A stretch of DNA of 64,000 nt. Source: Octopus sinensis (lineage: Eukaryota). Shown here piece after piece: positions 1 to 11,169 of this stretch. The notes beneath the pieces are model-generated. The model did not search any database, was not told the DNA's origin, and worked only from the letters and a program-made list of their open reading frames with translations. The position numbers and the translations under genes were made by a program. Position 1 is the stretch's first letter. Every line of letters starts with the position of its first letter. The stretch covers positions 28,086,001 to 28,150,000 of the forward strand of contig NC_043003.1 in the NCBI RefSeq assembly GCF_006345805.1, given 5' to 3'.

Positions 1-341
1 GAAGATGTGGTCCATATTAGTCTGGCCTCTGTCCTTTGACCTGTCCAGTGTGAGAGACCCTCCCAGCTGCTTGTGCTCCATTGGCATAGCTATCTAGGTT
101 ATTGAGGCACACAAGCTGCCACATCATAGCTAGGACTGGACCATGTGGTGGACATATACAAATATACATATACCATGTTTGTCTATGGGTAGTGCAAGTA
201 TTTTGAAAATACCTCACAGAGTGACGACCATGTCCTGCATTGTTACAGACTGTCATTTGGCAAGGCATGGCACCTGTCCAGTCACCCTGCCAGGAATATG
301 AAGTCATTAGTCTGCAGCATGGTGGATTGTGAAGAGGCAGT

Positions 342-756
342 AGGAGCAAATTGGCAGAATCGTTAGCACGCCGGGTGAAATGCTTAGTGGTATTTCGTCT
401 GCTGTTACTTTCTGAGTTCAAATTCTGCCGAGTTTGACTTTGCCTTTCATCCTTTCGGATTCGATAAATTAAGTACCAGTTATGCACTGGGGTCAATGTA
501 ATCGACTTAATCTGTTTGTCTGTCCTTGTTTGTCCCCTCTGTGTTTAGCCCCTTGTGGGTAGTAAAGAAATAGGTATTTCGTCTGCCGTTACGTTCTGAG
601 TTCAAATTCTGCCGAGGTCGACATTGCCTTTCATCCTTTCAGGATTGATAAATTAAGTACCAGTTATGCACTGGGGTTGATGTAATCAGCTTAATCCCTT
701 TGTCTGTCCTTTTTTGTCCCCTCTATGTTTAGCCCCTTGTGGGCAATGAAGAAATA
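342..756 (+). mobile_element. tRNA-derived SINE family A (tail type 1) with internally duplicated body
   Basis: Head ggcagaat-cgttagcacg, central gagttcaaattc..gactttgcctttcatcc..gataaattaagtaccag, tail gtcccctctgtgtttagccccttgtggg; body from tatttcgtctg onward is repeated (about 388-572 and 573-756). Confidence 0.85.
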
Positions 757-1429
757 AGTAACTTTGTTTAAAGTGAAGAAGACCTGCACACCATCAACCT
801 CTGTCTCCCATCCATGACCATCCTTAATCCAAGTAACAAGACCTGGCTAAGATGACTGAAGATGGCAAGAGATTCATTGGATGACTAAGATGTCTTACTT
901 GCCTCATCTTGCTCTCTGCACTTCACATTGCCTTGCTTCTGTCGCTTTCCTCTCTGTTGAACCATGAAGGCTTATCCATAGAGTCTGCCAGATCCAGTCT
1001 TCCCACACATAAGTAGGCAAGCCTTAATAAACTAATTACCCTATAGCTGGGATCCTGAAAGATGTTACTACTCCATGTCAGAGTTGACCTAAGAACGATA
1101 ATGGCTAAGAGGTAGTTCCATACTTCTCAAAACCCTGCAACTCCCAAATCAGGGCTCTGCTACCAGAGTCATATGCTGGACACATGTATTTATATATATA
1201 GGGTCTGTGTCAGTCAAGAGCCCTGTGTTTACACAGGTATGCACAAACTTGGACAAGACCTTTTGAGGAAAACTTTGCTGTAACCCATGAATGAAGGTTC
1301 CTTCTACCCATGCCACCAATGTTTGTCCAAGGGAAAGGTCACTAGTTTAAGCTAGTAGACCTTGATTTCAGTGTTGTTGTGGGCATTTCTGTCAAAGCTC
1401 AAATAACCAAATCTGATACCCAAAGGCAT

Positions 1430-2628
1430 CTTGTCTGACTTTTGCCAATCCATTGACCCCTAAATTGGAAGTTTTTTTTTTTTTTCTGTTAACCCCACTG
1501 TAAAAATAGAAAGCAAAGTTGACTTCTCTTTTGTTAGGATTTGAACTTAGAGCACAGAAAGTTGCAACAAATACTGCCAGGCATTCTATTCAGTGTATTA
1601 ACAACTGTATGTGGAAGTATTATTATTATTGAAGACGGCAAGCCAGCAGAATCATTAGCATGCTGAGCAAAATGCTTAGTGGCATTTCATCTATCTGTAG
1701 GTTCTGAGTTCAAATTCTGCTAAGATCAACTTCGGCTTTCATCCTTTCAGGGTCAATAAAATTTAGTACCAGTTGACCTCTGGGTTCAATGTAATCAACA
1801 TACCCACGCCCCCAAAATTGCTGCTCTTGTGCCAAAATTTGAAACCATTCTTCTTCTTCATGATCATGATGATGACGACGACGACGGCATAGTAGTAGTA
1901 GTAGTAGTAGTAACAGTAGTAGTAGTATGGTGAGCTGGCAGAATTGTTAGCGCACCAAACAAAAATGCTTTGTGGCATTTTGTCCGTCTTTACACTCTGA
2001 GTTCAAATTCTGCCAAGGTTAACTTTCCCTTTCATCCTTTCTGGGGTTGATGGAATAAGTACCAGTTGAGCACAGGCTATCAATGGAATCGAGTTACTCT
2101 TGCCTCCAAATTGTTCGCCTTGTCACAAAATTTCAAGCCATTATTACTATTATTATTATTGGTGAGCTGGCAGAATCTTTAGCACACTGGACGAAATGCT
2201 TAGTGGTATTTTGCCTGTCGCTACTTTCTGAGTTCAAATTCTGCTGACGTCGACTATGTATACTTTTATCTCATTTCACTGTCTTTTCCATTTCTGTCTC
2301 CCGTCCTTTACGTAAGTCCCCACACAAATTGTTGTCTGTCCTTGTGATGTCAGCTTCATCTACGTCTCTGTGGCTAATAAAAGAAGTTATCGTTATTATT
2401 AATATTATTGTAAAGGCAGCTAGCAGGCAGAGTTATTAGTACATTGGGCAAAATGCTTAGTGGCATTTTGTCTGTCTGCTCATTCCAACTTCAAATTCCA
2501 CTAAGGTTGACTTTGCCTGTCATCCTTTTGGGGTTGATAAATTAAGTACCAGTGAAACACTGGAGTTGATGTAATCGACCAGTCTCCTCCATAAAATTTC
2601 AGGCCTTGTGCCTTTAGTAGAAAGGATT
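1430..2628 (+). mobile_element. Cluster of SINE family A copies separated by trinucleotide microsatellites
   Basis: + copies at about 1633-1848, 1929-2142, 2161-2253 (partial) and 2414-2625; decayed - copy at about 1430-1610. Confidence 0.85.
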
Positions 2629-2679
2629 ATTATTGTTATTATTATTATTATTATTATTAGTAGTAGTAGTAGTAGTAGT

Positions 2680-2748
<69 letters not shown>

Positions 2749-2800
2749 TGTAGTAATAGCAGCGGTGGTGGTGGTGGTAGTAGTAGTATTAGTAGTATTT
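2626..2800 (+). repeat. Compound trinucleotide microsatellite (ATT)n(AGT)n(AGC)n(GGT)n
   Basis: Read directly; source of the poly-S/poly-T ORFs. Confidence 0.95.
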
Positions 2801-2932
2801 CGTCCCACTTACCCTGTAAATGGTATTGGCTGATATTCTTTCGTTCCTGTCCTGTCCTATAGTTTAGATCACTTGTTAATCTCTTGTAATTCTATCGTGT
2901 TTAAATCAGTCTTTAACCTTCTATCGCTGTCA

Positions 2933-2967
<35 letters not shown>

Positions 2968-3299
2968 CTTAATATGTAAAAAAACGATTGAAGCTTTAGA
3001 ATGCTCAGAAAGCGGCAGCGAAGGAAGGAGAGAGGGAGGGATGATTGGGAATCAGGGTTGAAGGTCAACGCTTTACTTTTGCAAGTTCAATGCTGCATGG
3101 CTTACAGTTGGCATTCTGCCAGGATCATCATAGACTCTCATATTTCTTAGGTTCACAGAATACTATCACATATTTTATATATACATATGTATGTGTGGGT
3201 GTGTGATTGATTCAAGCAATTGGGCCTTCCATCTCGTAAATTTGGTTATAGTGTTGAGTTAAAAGAAATCCTAGTATTAATATGCAAATAAGCCTGCAT

Positions 3300-4720
3300 G
3301 TTTACTTTCCTTCTAAATTCATATACCTGTGGCTGGATTCTCAGCCTGTCACCAACCCTCACTTGTGTCCAAGCAAGGCAATATTTTCTCTTGGTCCAGA
3401 CATGTTTTCACAGATGACTACAGTTGTCCATGGTTATTTTCTTTCTCTTGATTTCCAAAGAGATATTCACATCAACAGGACAGCTACTCTCTATGATGGT
3501 ACATACTTTTTTCTTGTCTCTCCCAAACAGCCGCCTGTTATGTTTACACTTGACATGCTTTGATGGGAATGTTCCACCAGTATTCCTTGTGCTGGTATTT
3601 GTGTACAGGGAGATTCTCAATAGTTTTTCCAGGGTTTTTTTCTGAACGGCATTGTTATCTATTTTTCCAAAGATGGAGCTTTGTATCTTTGTTAGAAACC
3701 AGTTCCTTCTTCATAAGAAGAATTTAAATGATTAGATATAAGGAAGTAGTACCTTGACAACATTTTTGGGTGCAGGAGTGGCTGTGTGGTAGGTTGCTTG
3801 CTTACCAACCATATGGTTCTGGGTTCAGTCCCACTGCGCGGCACCTTGGGCAAGTGTCTTCTACTATAGCCTCGAGCCGACCATAGCCTTGTGAGTGGAT
3901 TTGGTAGACGGAAACTGAAAGAAGCCCGTCGTATATATGTATATATGTGCGTATCTGTGTTTGTCCCCCCACCATCGTTTGACAGCCGAGGCTGGTGTGT
4001 TTACGTCCCTGTAACTTAGCAGTTCGGCAAAAAGAGACCGATAAAATAAGTACTAGGCTTACAAAGAATAAGTCCTGGGGTCGATTTGCTCAGCTGAAGG
4101 CAATGCTCCAGCATGGCTGCAGTCAAATGACTGAAACAAGTAAAAGAATAAAAGAATACTAATCACATGTGATGTCTTCCACAGAAATATGACATAATCT
4201 ACATTTGAAGTTGCATCTTGGAAGTCCAATGGCTCCACTCTCTCTTTTGTTGATTAGATATTTAGCTGCAATCTCTTGTTCATAGCCTTCAAAGTGTGAT
4301 GTGATGTAACAGTCATTAGTCCGAGAGAGCCTTTGCTTCATGTCAATATTACTATCTTTTTCAAGTCTACACAAATCCTTCCCATGCATGATCTTTTTTT
4401 TTTGGTATGCTGAACATTTCACTTGCAGATCTTCTTTGAGGTATGCTTGTCTGGCTGATTTGGGGTTGTATGAGCGAGACCATCAAAAAGGGAATACTTC
4501 CTGAGAAGCTCACTTCTAGCATGTATGATATTTTCTTCACTTACCAGCACAAAATTAATGTATTTATTTTTACTGCTGTTGTTTAGCAAGTGCTGTCTGA
4601 GAAGAAGACTATTTGACACTTGGAGGCTGTCTGCACTGATCTCAAGTTCCTGCCTCCTTTATCTCTTCTTAGGTAGAGCCTGTTGCTGTCACTATTTTTC
4701 TGGAGATGTGTGTGTGTATG
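3300..4720 (-). mobile_element. Decayed RLE-class non-LTR retrotransposon (RT C-terminus, CCHC knuckle, restriction-like endonuclease), split by a SINE
   Basis: Minus-strand remnants YEQEIAAKYLINKRE..PRCNFKCRLCHISVEDIT(4160-4420), [SINE], PKMLSRYY(3730-3770), EYWWNIPIK..KCKHNR..KKVCTIIESSCPVDVNISLEIK(3440-3600), with frameshifts and stops. Confidence 0.75.
3768..4156 (+). mobile_element. tRNA-derived SINE family B, full length, inserted in the RLE LINE
   Basis: gcaggagtggctgtgtggta...ggttcagtcccactg...gaagcccgtcg(TA)n...aatgactgaaacaagtaaaaga. Confidence 0.9.
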
Positions 4721-5063
4721 TAAAAAGCTTTAACCCTTTAGTGTTTGCATTATTCTGCCAAAATTAATGCTTTATTAGGAGTGGCTATGTGGTAAGTAGT
4801 TTACTAACCAACCACATGGTTCCAGGTTCAATCCCACTGCATGGCATCTTGGGCAAGTGTCTTCTGCTATAGTCCCGGGCCAACCAATGCCTTGTGAGTG
4901 GATTTGGTTGACGGAAACTGAAAGAAGCCTGTCGTATATATGTATATATATATATATATATATACCGAAGTAAACACATAAATGTGAAACAAGGTGGAAA
5001 AAAGAGTACTCAAATACCAGTGGTAGAGTAATATGCTTTATTTTAAGCAGCAGAAAATTCAAC

Positions 5064-5111
5064 AAAATCTGTTACTCTGAGTTTCTCGTTGCCGTTCATC
5101 AGACAGTTTTT
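5064..5111 (-). ncRNA. Second copy of the hammerhead-like motif in the inverted repeat
   Basis: Reverse complement of 7457-7504. Confidence 0.6.
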
Positions 5112-5191
5112 GCTAGTATGGAACCGATATATCAATTCAATCTAGACTCTTACAAACGCTACACCTTTAAAAAGAAATGGACTTGTTTGAT

Positions 5192-6398
5192 ACCGATGGG
5201 GGCATACGACGGGGCTGAGTTATGTATGCTCATAGGAGCCTTTATTCTCCATAATCTAAAAATGGAATTCCCATTTATAGATGCAGGTTTATATAGGGAT
5301 GACGGCCTTATAGCCACGCATAATCTAAACGGCCATGAATCAGATAGACTTAGGAAGGACCTCATAGCTTTCTTTCAAAGGATGGGCTTACGGGTTACGA
5401 TAGATGCTAACCTGAATAGTGTAGATTTTTTAGACGTAAATTTTAATGTAAGATCGGATAGATTTAAACCTTTCCGTAAGCCCAATGAAAAGCTATCGTA
5501 TATTAGCAAAGATTCGAACCATCCACCAGTTATCCTTAGGAACTTAGTCGGCAATGTAGGTAGAAGAATATCTTCAATTTCTTCGGACAAGGCAGCATTC
5601 CATAATGCTGCACCTTATTACGATAGCGCATTAAAGAATAGTGGATTCTCTGAGAAGATCCAGTTCAACCAGCTTAATGCTGATAATAATGCTGCACGAA
5701 GAACTAGGACCAGGAAAGTTTTGTGGTTCAACCCGGCTTTTAATTTGGCCGTAAAGACTAATATAGGTAAGGAATTTTTGAGATTAGTCTCTAAGCATTT
5801 TAAGCAGGGTCATAAATTCTATAGGATATTTAATAGAAGAACCCTGAAGGTTAGCTATTCTTGTTGCAGAAATTTCGCCTCTTACATTAACCAACATAAT
5901 AGGAAGCTAATTGAGATTAGACATGGTGCCGAGCCCATTAAGAAATGTAATTGCAAAAACGAAAGCTCCTGTCCGTTAGAAGGGAAATGTCTAGTGAAAG
6001 GAGTAGTTTATAGAGCCAAGGTGCAAGTGGAAGGCTCATCGGAATACAAGACATACACAGGGGCTTCAGAAAATTCCTTTAAAACAAGATTTTATTCTCA
6101 TAAAAATTCATTTAAATACCCAGAGAATAGGAAGAAAACCAGCCTAGCAAAATATGTCTGGGAACTAAAAGAAAAGGAAGCCCCACCTTTCAACGTGACA
6201 TGAAGCATTCTGGACAGGGCGGCACCATACAGGCATGGAGCATACAAAAATAATTTCAAGTGCAAGCTTTGTCTATTAGAAAAAATGTACATCTTATTCA
6301 AAGACAATAATTCTTTGAATCAAAGAAGTGAGCTAATGAACTTATGTAGGCACGCGGCTAAATTTAAAATGTCGAATATAAATATACCATATGGATAG
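5192..6398 (+). pseudogene. Penelope-like RT / GIY-YIG endonuclease ORF, 5'-truncated, one in-frame TGA at 6201-6203
   Basis: MGAYDGAELC, GLYRDDGL (RT), WFNPAFN..KTNIGKEFL, CNCKNESSCPLEGKC, VVYRA..YTGASENSFKTRFYSH (GIY-YIG); the frame continues past the TGA as SILDRAAPY..CKLCLLEKMYI..NQRSELMNLCRH to TAG 6396-6398. The 5118 ATG lies in the inverted repeat, so it is chimeric. Confidence 0.9.
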
Positions 6399-7456
6399 AG
6401 TATATATTTTGTATTTTTGATTTTGATTTTGACTCTTGAACGATGAGCGCTACGATGGATTTTTGTTTCCAAGCTATGCGGATCGTAATCCGTATAGCAA
6501 AGTCTTATGTTTCTACATATATATTAGGAAAAACCTCCAACTTTGTTTTCATGTTATTGTATTGTATAGGATTACCTTGATTATTTATAAATGGCCCAAA
6601 ATAGGATGTTATATTTTATTTTATATGTCTTTCGTATATATTTTTATTAATGCACCCATTTTTAAAAAGCAATGTTTTTTTTTTAAAAAAAAAAAGCAAT
6701 GTTGTCAAAATTAGAATGTTGATATAAGTATGTGTATAGCAAAGCATATGTATTTGTAAGCATGCGTATCTGTGTATGTGTAAGTGAAAGTATGTTTGTG
6801 CTTAAGCACACATATACACGACTGTATGTATATGTATCCATTCGAACTTGTGTATGTATACTTGTCTCCATATATGCCAATAATGCCGTTACACTGCTTG
6901 TATACATAATTTTTTCTTATTTCGTTTTTTTCCCCACCCCTCCTTCGTTCCTTTCTCTCTCTCTCCCTTTCTTTCGTCCCCCCCCCTTACTCAGTATATG
7001 AGAATCGCTACATAGATGATTTTTAGCTTGCGTGCGAGATGGTTTGCGTGAATATATGTACACATGCATTTATGTGTATATTTAGATTTATATTCATACG
7101 TCTGTATATGTATGGCGTTTACGCGCATCTTTTGTGTATGTTGATATATATATGTAGATTTTAATATAAATATGTATTGCAGTGTAATATTTATAACAGG
7201 TTTAATTTCTATGCATTAATTTGCACTTTCTTCATTAACGTCAATATATATTTTATTCAATGTAAGGTTTTTCCCTCGGATTTTATAATTTTTATAAGTT
7301 TTTTTATATATATATACATATATTTTTGACCTTTTTGTTTATCGCTCGAAGATTGACCGTTTTTTCTAAAGGGCCAATCAAACAAGTCCATTTCTTTTTA
7401 AAGGTGTAGCGTTTGTAAGAGTCTAGATTGAATTGATATATCGGTTCCATTCTAGC

Positions 7457-7504
7457 AAAAACTGTCTGATGAACGGCAACGAGAAACTCAGAGTAACAGA
7501 TTTT
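7457..7504 (+). ncRNA. Minimal type I hammerhead ribozyme-like motif in the Penelope terminal repeat
   Basis: aaaactgt-CTGATGA(7466-72)-a-cg-gcaa-cg-a-GAAA(7483-86)-ctcagag-TA-acagatttt; stem I actgt/acag plus aaaa/tttt, palindromic stem III ACTCAGAGT, GUA triplet. Confidence 0.65.
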
Positions 7505-8289
7505 GTTGAATTTTCTGCTGCTTAAAATAAAGTATATATATGTGTGTGTGTGTGTGTGTTTGTGTTTGTCCCCCTAGCATTGCTTGACAACCGATGCTGG
7601 TGTGTTTACGTTCCCGTCACTTAGTGGTTCGGCAACAGAAACCGATAGATTAAGTACTGGGCTTACAAAGAATAAGTCCCGGGGTCGATTTGCTCGACTA
7701 AAGGCGGTGCTCCAGCATGGTCGCAGTCAAATGACTGAAACAAGTAAAAGAGTATTGTTTTGAACTAATCATGCCTTATCTTGTAGCTATGAGATTTTGA
7801 TGAGGTAGCTGTTAATTCTTAAAACGATATTGTTGGGTTGGTGTGAGAGACCAGATCTGAGCAGTTTGAACATAAAACAGGCAGAGTACTTTTGGCCGGT
7901 TATGGCCAGTTTAAATGCTAAAGGGTTAATACTACATATTTACACTTGTTTCTTTCCAAAAATGAGAGAGTACCATGCTTCATAGAATTTGCCATTATTC
8001 CAATTTAAAAGTTTCTATGTCAGAAGAACATGAAATTGGTTGGCTGGCTGGTTGGGTGGTTGGTTGGGTGGAGGGTGTTTCAGAGTTGAAATCTGATTAG
8101 CAAAGTGTTAGTGACTATAAAAAGAAAGAATAGAAAAGGAAATAAAGAAAGTGAAAGTAAAGGCTGATACTGTTTGACAATTATTGTTGAATTTTCTAAT
8201 TAGTGGTTTGTGTGCGTGCATTTTCAGCATTTCAATATATTTATGTGTGTGTGTGTGTGATCTCGCTTTCATTTGTTATATGTCTTTCT

Positions 8290-8600
8290 CTTATACAGCA
8301 CTCTTATTACATCTCTCTCTCTCTCTCTAGTCTCCTCTCTCTCACTAGTTTCCTCACTCTCTCTCTCTAGTATCCTCTCTCTTTCTGTAGTCTTCTCTCT
8401 TTCTCTAGTCTCTTCTCTTTCTCTAATCTCCCATCTCTCTCTAGTCGCCTCTCTCTCTCTCCAGTCTCCTCTCTCTCTAGTCTCTTCTCGTTTTATCCCT
8501 AATCTCCCCTCTCTCTCTAGTCTCTTCTCTTGCTTTGTCTCTAATCTCTCCTCTCTCTCACTAGCCTCCTCTCTCCCTCTAGTCTCTCTCTCTCTCCATG
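8290..8600 (+). repeat. Degenerate CT-rich repeat with recurrent ctctctagt units
   Basis: Read directly. Confidence 0.85.
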
Positions 8601-8796
8601 TTATATTTTAAAAGAGAGAGAGACAGAGTGCTGAGGAGAAAGAGCTAGAGGGAAAAAACTAGAGAACACAAGCAATCTTACATATAATCTCTCATTTACA
8701 TATATACTCTCTCTCTCTCTCATGCATACACACACACTCTCTCACATACACACACACACACTCTCACTCTCTCACATACACACACACACTTGCATG

Positions 8797-8827
<31 letters not shown>

Positions 8828-9774
8828 TCTCTCTCCCTCCCACACACCTCACCCTTAGGCATCAAAAAGGGGGAAATGTTCATCAGGGATGGCAGTGGAA
8901 GGCTAAAATAGGGACTAAAGCAGTGGATCTGGTCAGAGGAGATGTAGTAGGAGAGGGAGAGGGGACCTGTGCACAGGTTTGGATACAGTCATTAGGGCTC
9001 AGTTGCATTGGGTTTAGGCTGAGTGGTCATAGTCTTGCTTTCGCCTATGGGAGGGGGTCAGGGGTTAAAGCACTACTGGAAAAGCCACTGCTCCCTCCCC
9101 CCCATTCATATTGCTTTCCTTCACTAAACATTGCTGCCCCCACCCTCTTCTCTCACACACACACACACACACACACGCACATCCTTTCAGTCTACTGCTA
9201 CCACAACCACCGCCTCTCCATCTCAAATCTACCTACAACATCACCAACACCCACTGCAGCCAACACTCCACCATCACCACCCTAATCCCCCATTCCACCC
9301 CACTACAACCACCTCTACACTGCTGTTATCACCCCCCACCCCCGCCCTAACTCCCCTGCTACAACCACTTTTACACCGCTGCCATCACCACCTTCAGCAC
9401 CATGATCCCCACCATCACCCCTAACACCCCCCCCGCCCTGCACCACTGTCTCTACACTCCTGCCATCACCACCTTCATCCCTGTCATCACTAACCCTAGC
9501 ACCCTGCTGAAACCACCCCTCCACCACCCCCACCACTACCTCGCATCCTTGCCTCAACTCAACTTGGCTCTTTCCCCAGTCTGAAATGGGTTAATAACGA
9601 TATATTAATTTGATTTACCTTATCATTCCTCCCCCACCCCACTCCTCTCCCACACAAACCCCCAACATTACGCTGCCACCACTGCCACACACCCACAGTT
9701 TTTCCTCCCCCATCTGAAGGAATCCTTCCTGGATAATTTGTATAATGATAACTTAATAATTCTCATCATATCCT

Positions 9775-9868
<94 letters not shown>

Positions 9869-9941
9869 GGATTGTGTGTGTGGAGGTATCTTTGTATATT
9901 TCTGCATGTATTTATGTGTTTGCATATATGTGGGTCTCTTC

Positions 9942-9975
<34 letters not shown>

Positions 9976-10091
9976 CATGTGTGTAAGTATGCTTTTGTGT
10001 TTTATGTTTATGAGGATGTATATTTATTCATCTATGTATTTATGTATAATGGGTATATATATTTTTCTGTACGTGTAACATATATATTTAT

Positions 10092-10123
<32 letters not shown>

Positions 10124-10127
10124 GCAT

Positions 10128-10158
<31 letters not shown>

Positions 10159-10675
10159 TATATATGCATACACACACACACATATATATGTATATTGTGT
10201 GTTTAACATTGTATGGCTTTGTATGGTACATTATATATACATACATTTGTGTGTGTATAGAACAACTATAATAAGTTTTATTTTTGGATGTTTTTTTATA
10301 TCTGGCCCACAGTAGGTTGGTGGAGAGGGTAGGTGGTCATTTTGATTATACTGGTGATGGGGAGGATGAGAGAGGGTGGACAGTTATGGAAGTTACTTAT
10401 AAGAACGATGAAGGAGATCTTCATTTTTGTATATATAGTTGTATGTATAGTTGTACACACACACACACATATATGTGTGTGTGTGTATGTATGTTTATGT
10501 ACTGATAATTATTTCTAATCAATATTTATTGATATGTTTGTATATGTGTTCATGTGTGTGTGCATCTTTGTTTAAAAATCTCGGTCAGTACATATATATA
10601 TACTAAAATGTGTGTGTGTGTTCAGATGTGTGCTTATGTGTATATTTGTGTGTGTGTATATATATATGATGAGCT

Positions 10676-10993
10676 GAGACCCCCCTTCGGTCATGACTGA
10701 CCATAGGATTGCACCTAGAAAGTTACCCTCCCAGGCACAAGTCCAGGCAAGGTTGTTTATGGAAGACCAGCAGTTGCCCATGCATACCAGCCTCCCCTCT
10801 CCATGCCACCAGTGTTATCCAAGGGAAAGCCAAATGTCGATACAGCTTGGCACCAGTGCCATTGCAACTCATCTGTACAGCTGAGTGAACTGGAGCAATG
10901 TGGAATAAAATATCTTGCGCAACATGCAGCCTGGTCTGGGATTCGAACTCACAACCTCATGATTGTAGGCTCGACACTCTAACCACTGAGCCA

Positions 10994-10994
<1 letters not shown>
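10676..10994 (-). mobile_element. tRNA-derived SINE family D
   Basis: Reverse complement of catggctcagtggttagag..cacgttgctccagttcactcagctgta..ctaggtgcaatcc..gaccgaagggggtc. Confidence 0.88.
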
Positions 10995-11068
<74 letters not shown>

Positions 11069-11169
11069 TTTGTAGAGTTTACATTTATAGTTTGGCATTT
11101 GGTGGATCACATGACTATTTCTTAGAGTTTCATAGACAGAAAAGCACATGCCTTATTGATCAGATATAT

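Larger units (their letters stand above)
4975..7537 (+). mobile_element. Penelope-like retroelement (Naiad-type), 5'-truncated, with inverted copy of its 3' terminal repeat at the 5' end
   Basis: RT plus GIY-YIG coding region; 5031-5191 is the reverse complement of 7377-7537 with about 2 mismatches. Confidence 0.9.
4777..7751 (+). mobile_element. SINE family B split into 5' half (4777-4950) and 3' half (7538-7751) by the Penelope-like insertion
   Basis: The 5' half stops in the internal (TA)n tract; the 3' half resumes with (TG)n-tttgtcccc..caagtaaaaga, collinear with the intact copy at 3768-4156. Confidence 0.88.
4734..7925. mobile_element. piggyBac-like MITE (TTAA-flanked), outer shell of a triple nest; own sequence at 4734-4776 and 7752-7925
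   Basis: TTAA(4730-4733)-CCCTTTAG at left, CTAAAGGG-TTAA(7926-7929) at right; inverted termini and TTAA target duplication. Confidence 0.75.

Noticed and set aside
1-330. 159 aa minus-strand ORF 17-496
   Set aside because: Reads through an antisense SINE and a decayed repeat; TTG start and no recognisable domain.
342-420. tRNA-like heads of SINE families A, B and D as tRNA genes
   Set aside because: A- and B-box-like words are present but there is no complete cloverleaf, and each continues into a SINE body.
5118-5191. ATG start and N-terminus MEPIYQFNLDSYKR of the 361 aa ORF
   Set aside because: Lies in the inverted terminal repeat fused to the truncation point; RT homology begins at about 5192.
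8273-10520. Numerous ORFs (HTHT, CVCV, SLSL, PPP)
   Set aside because: Translations of CA/TA/CT microsatellites and CCA-rich low-complexity DNA; the same applies to similar ORFs at 17 kb, 37 kb, 41 kb, 47 kb and 55-59 kb.
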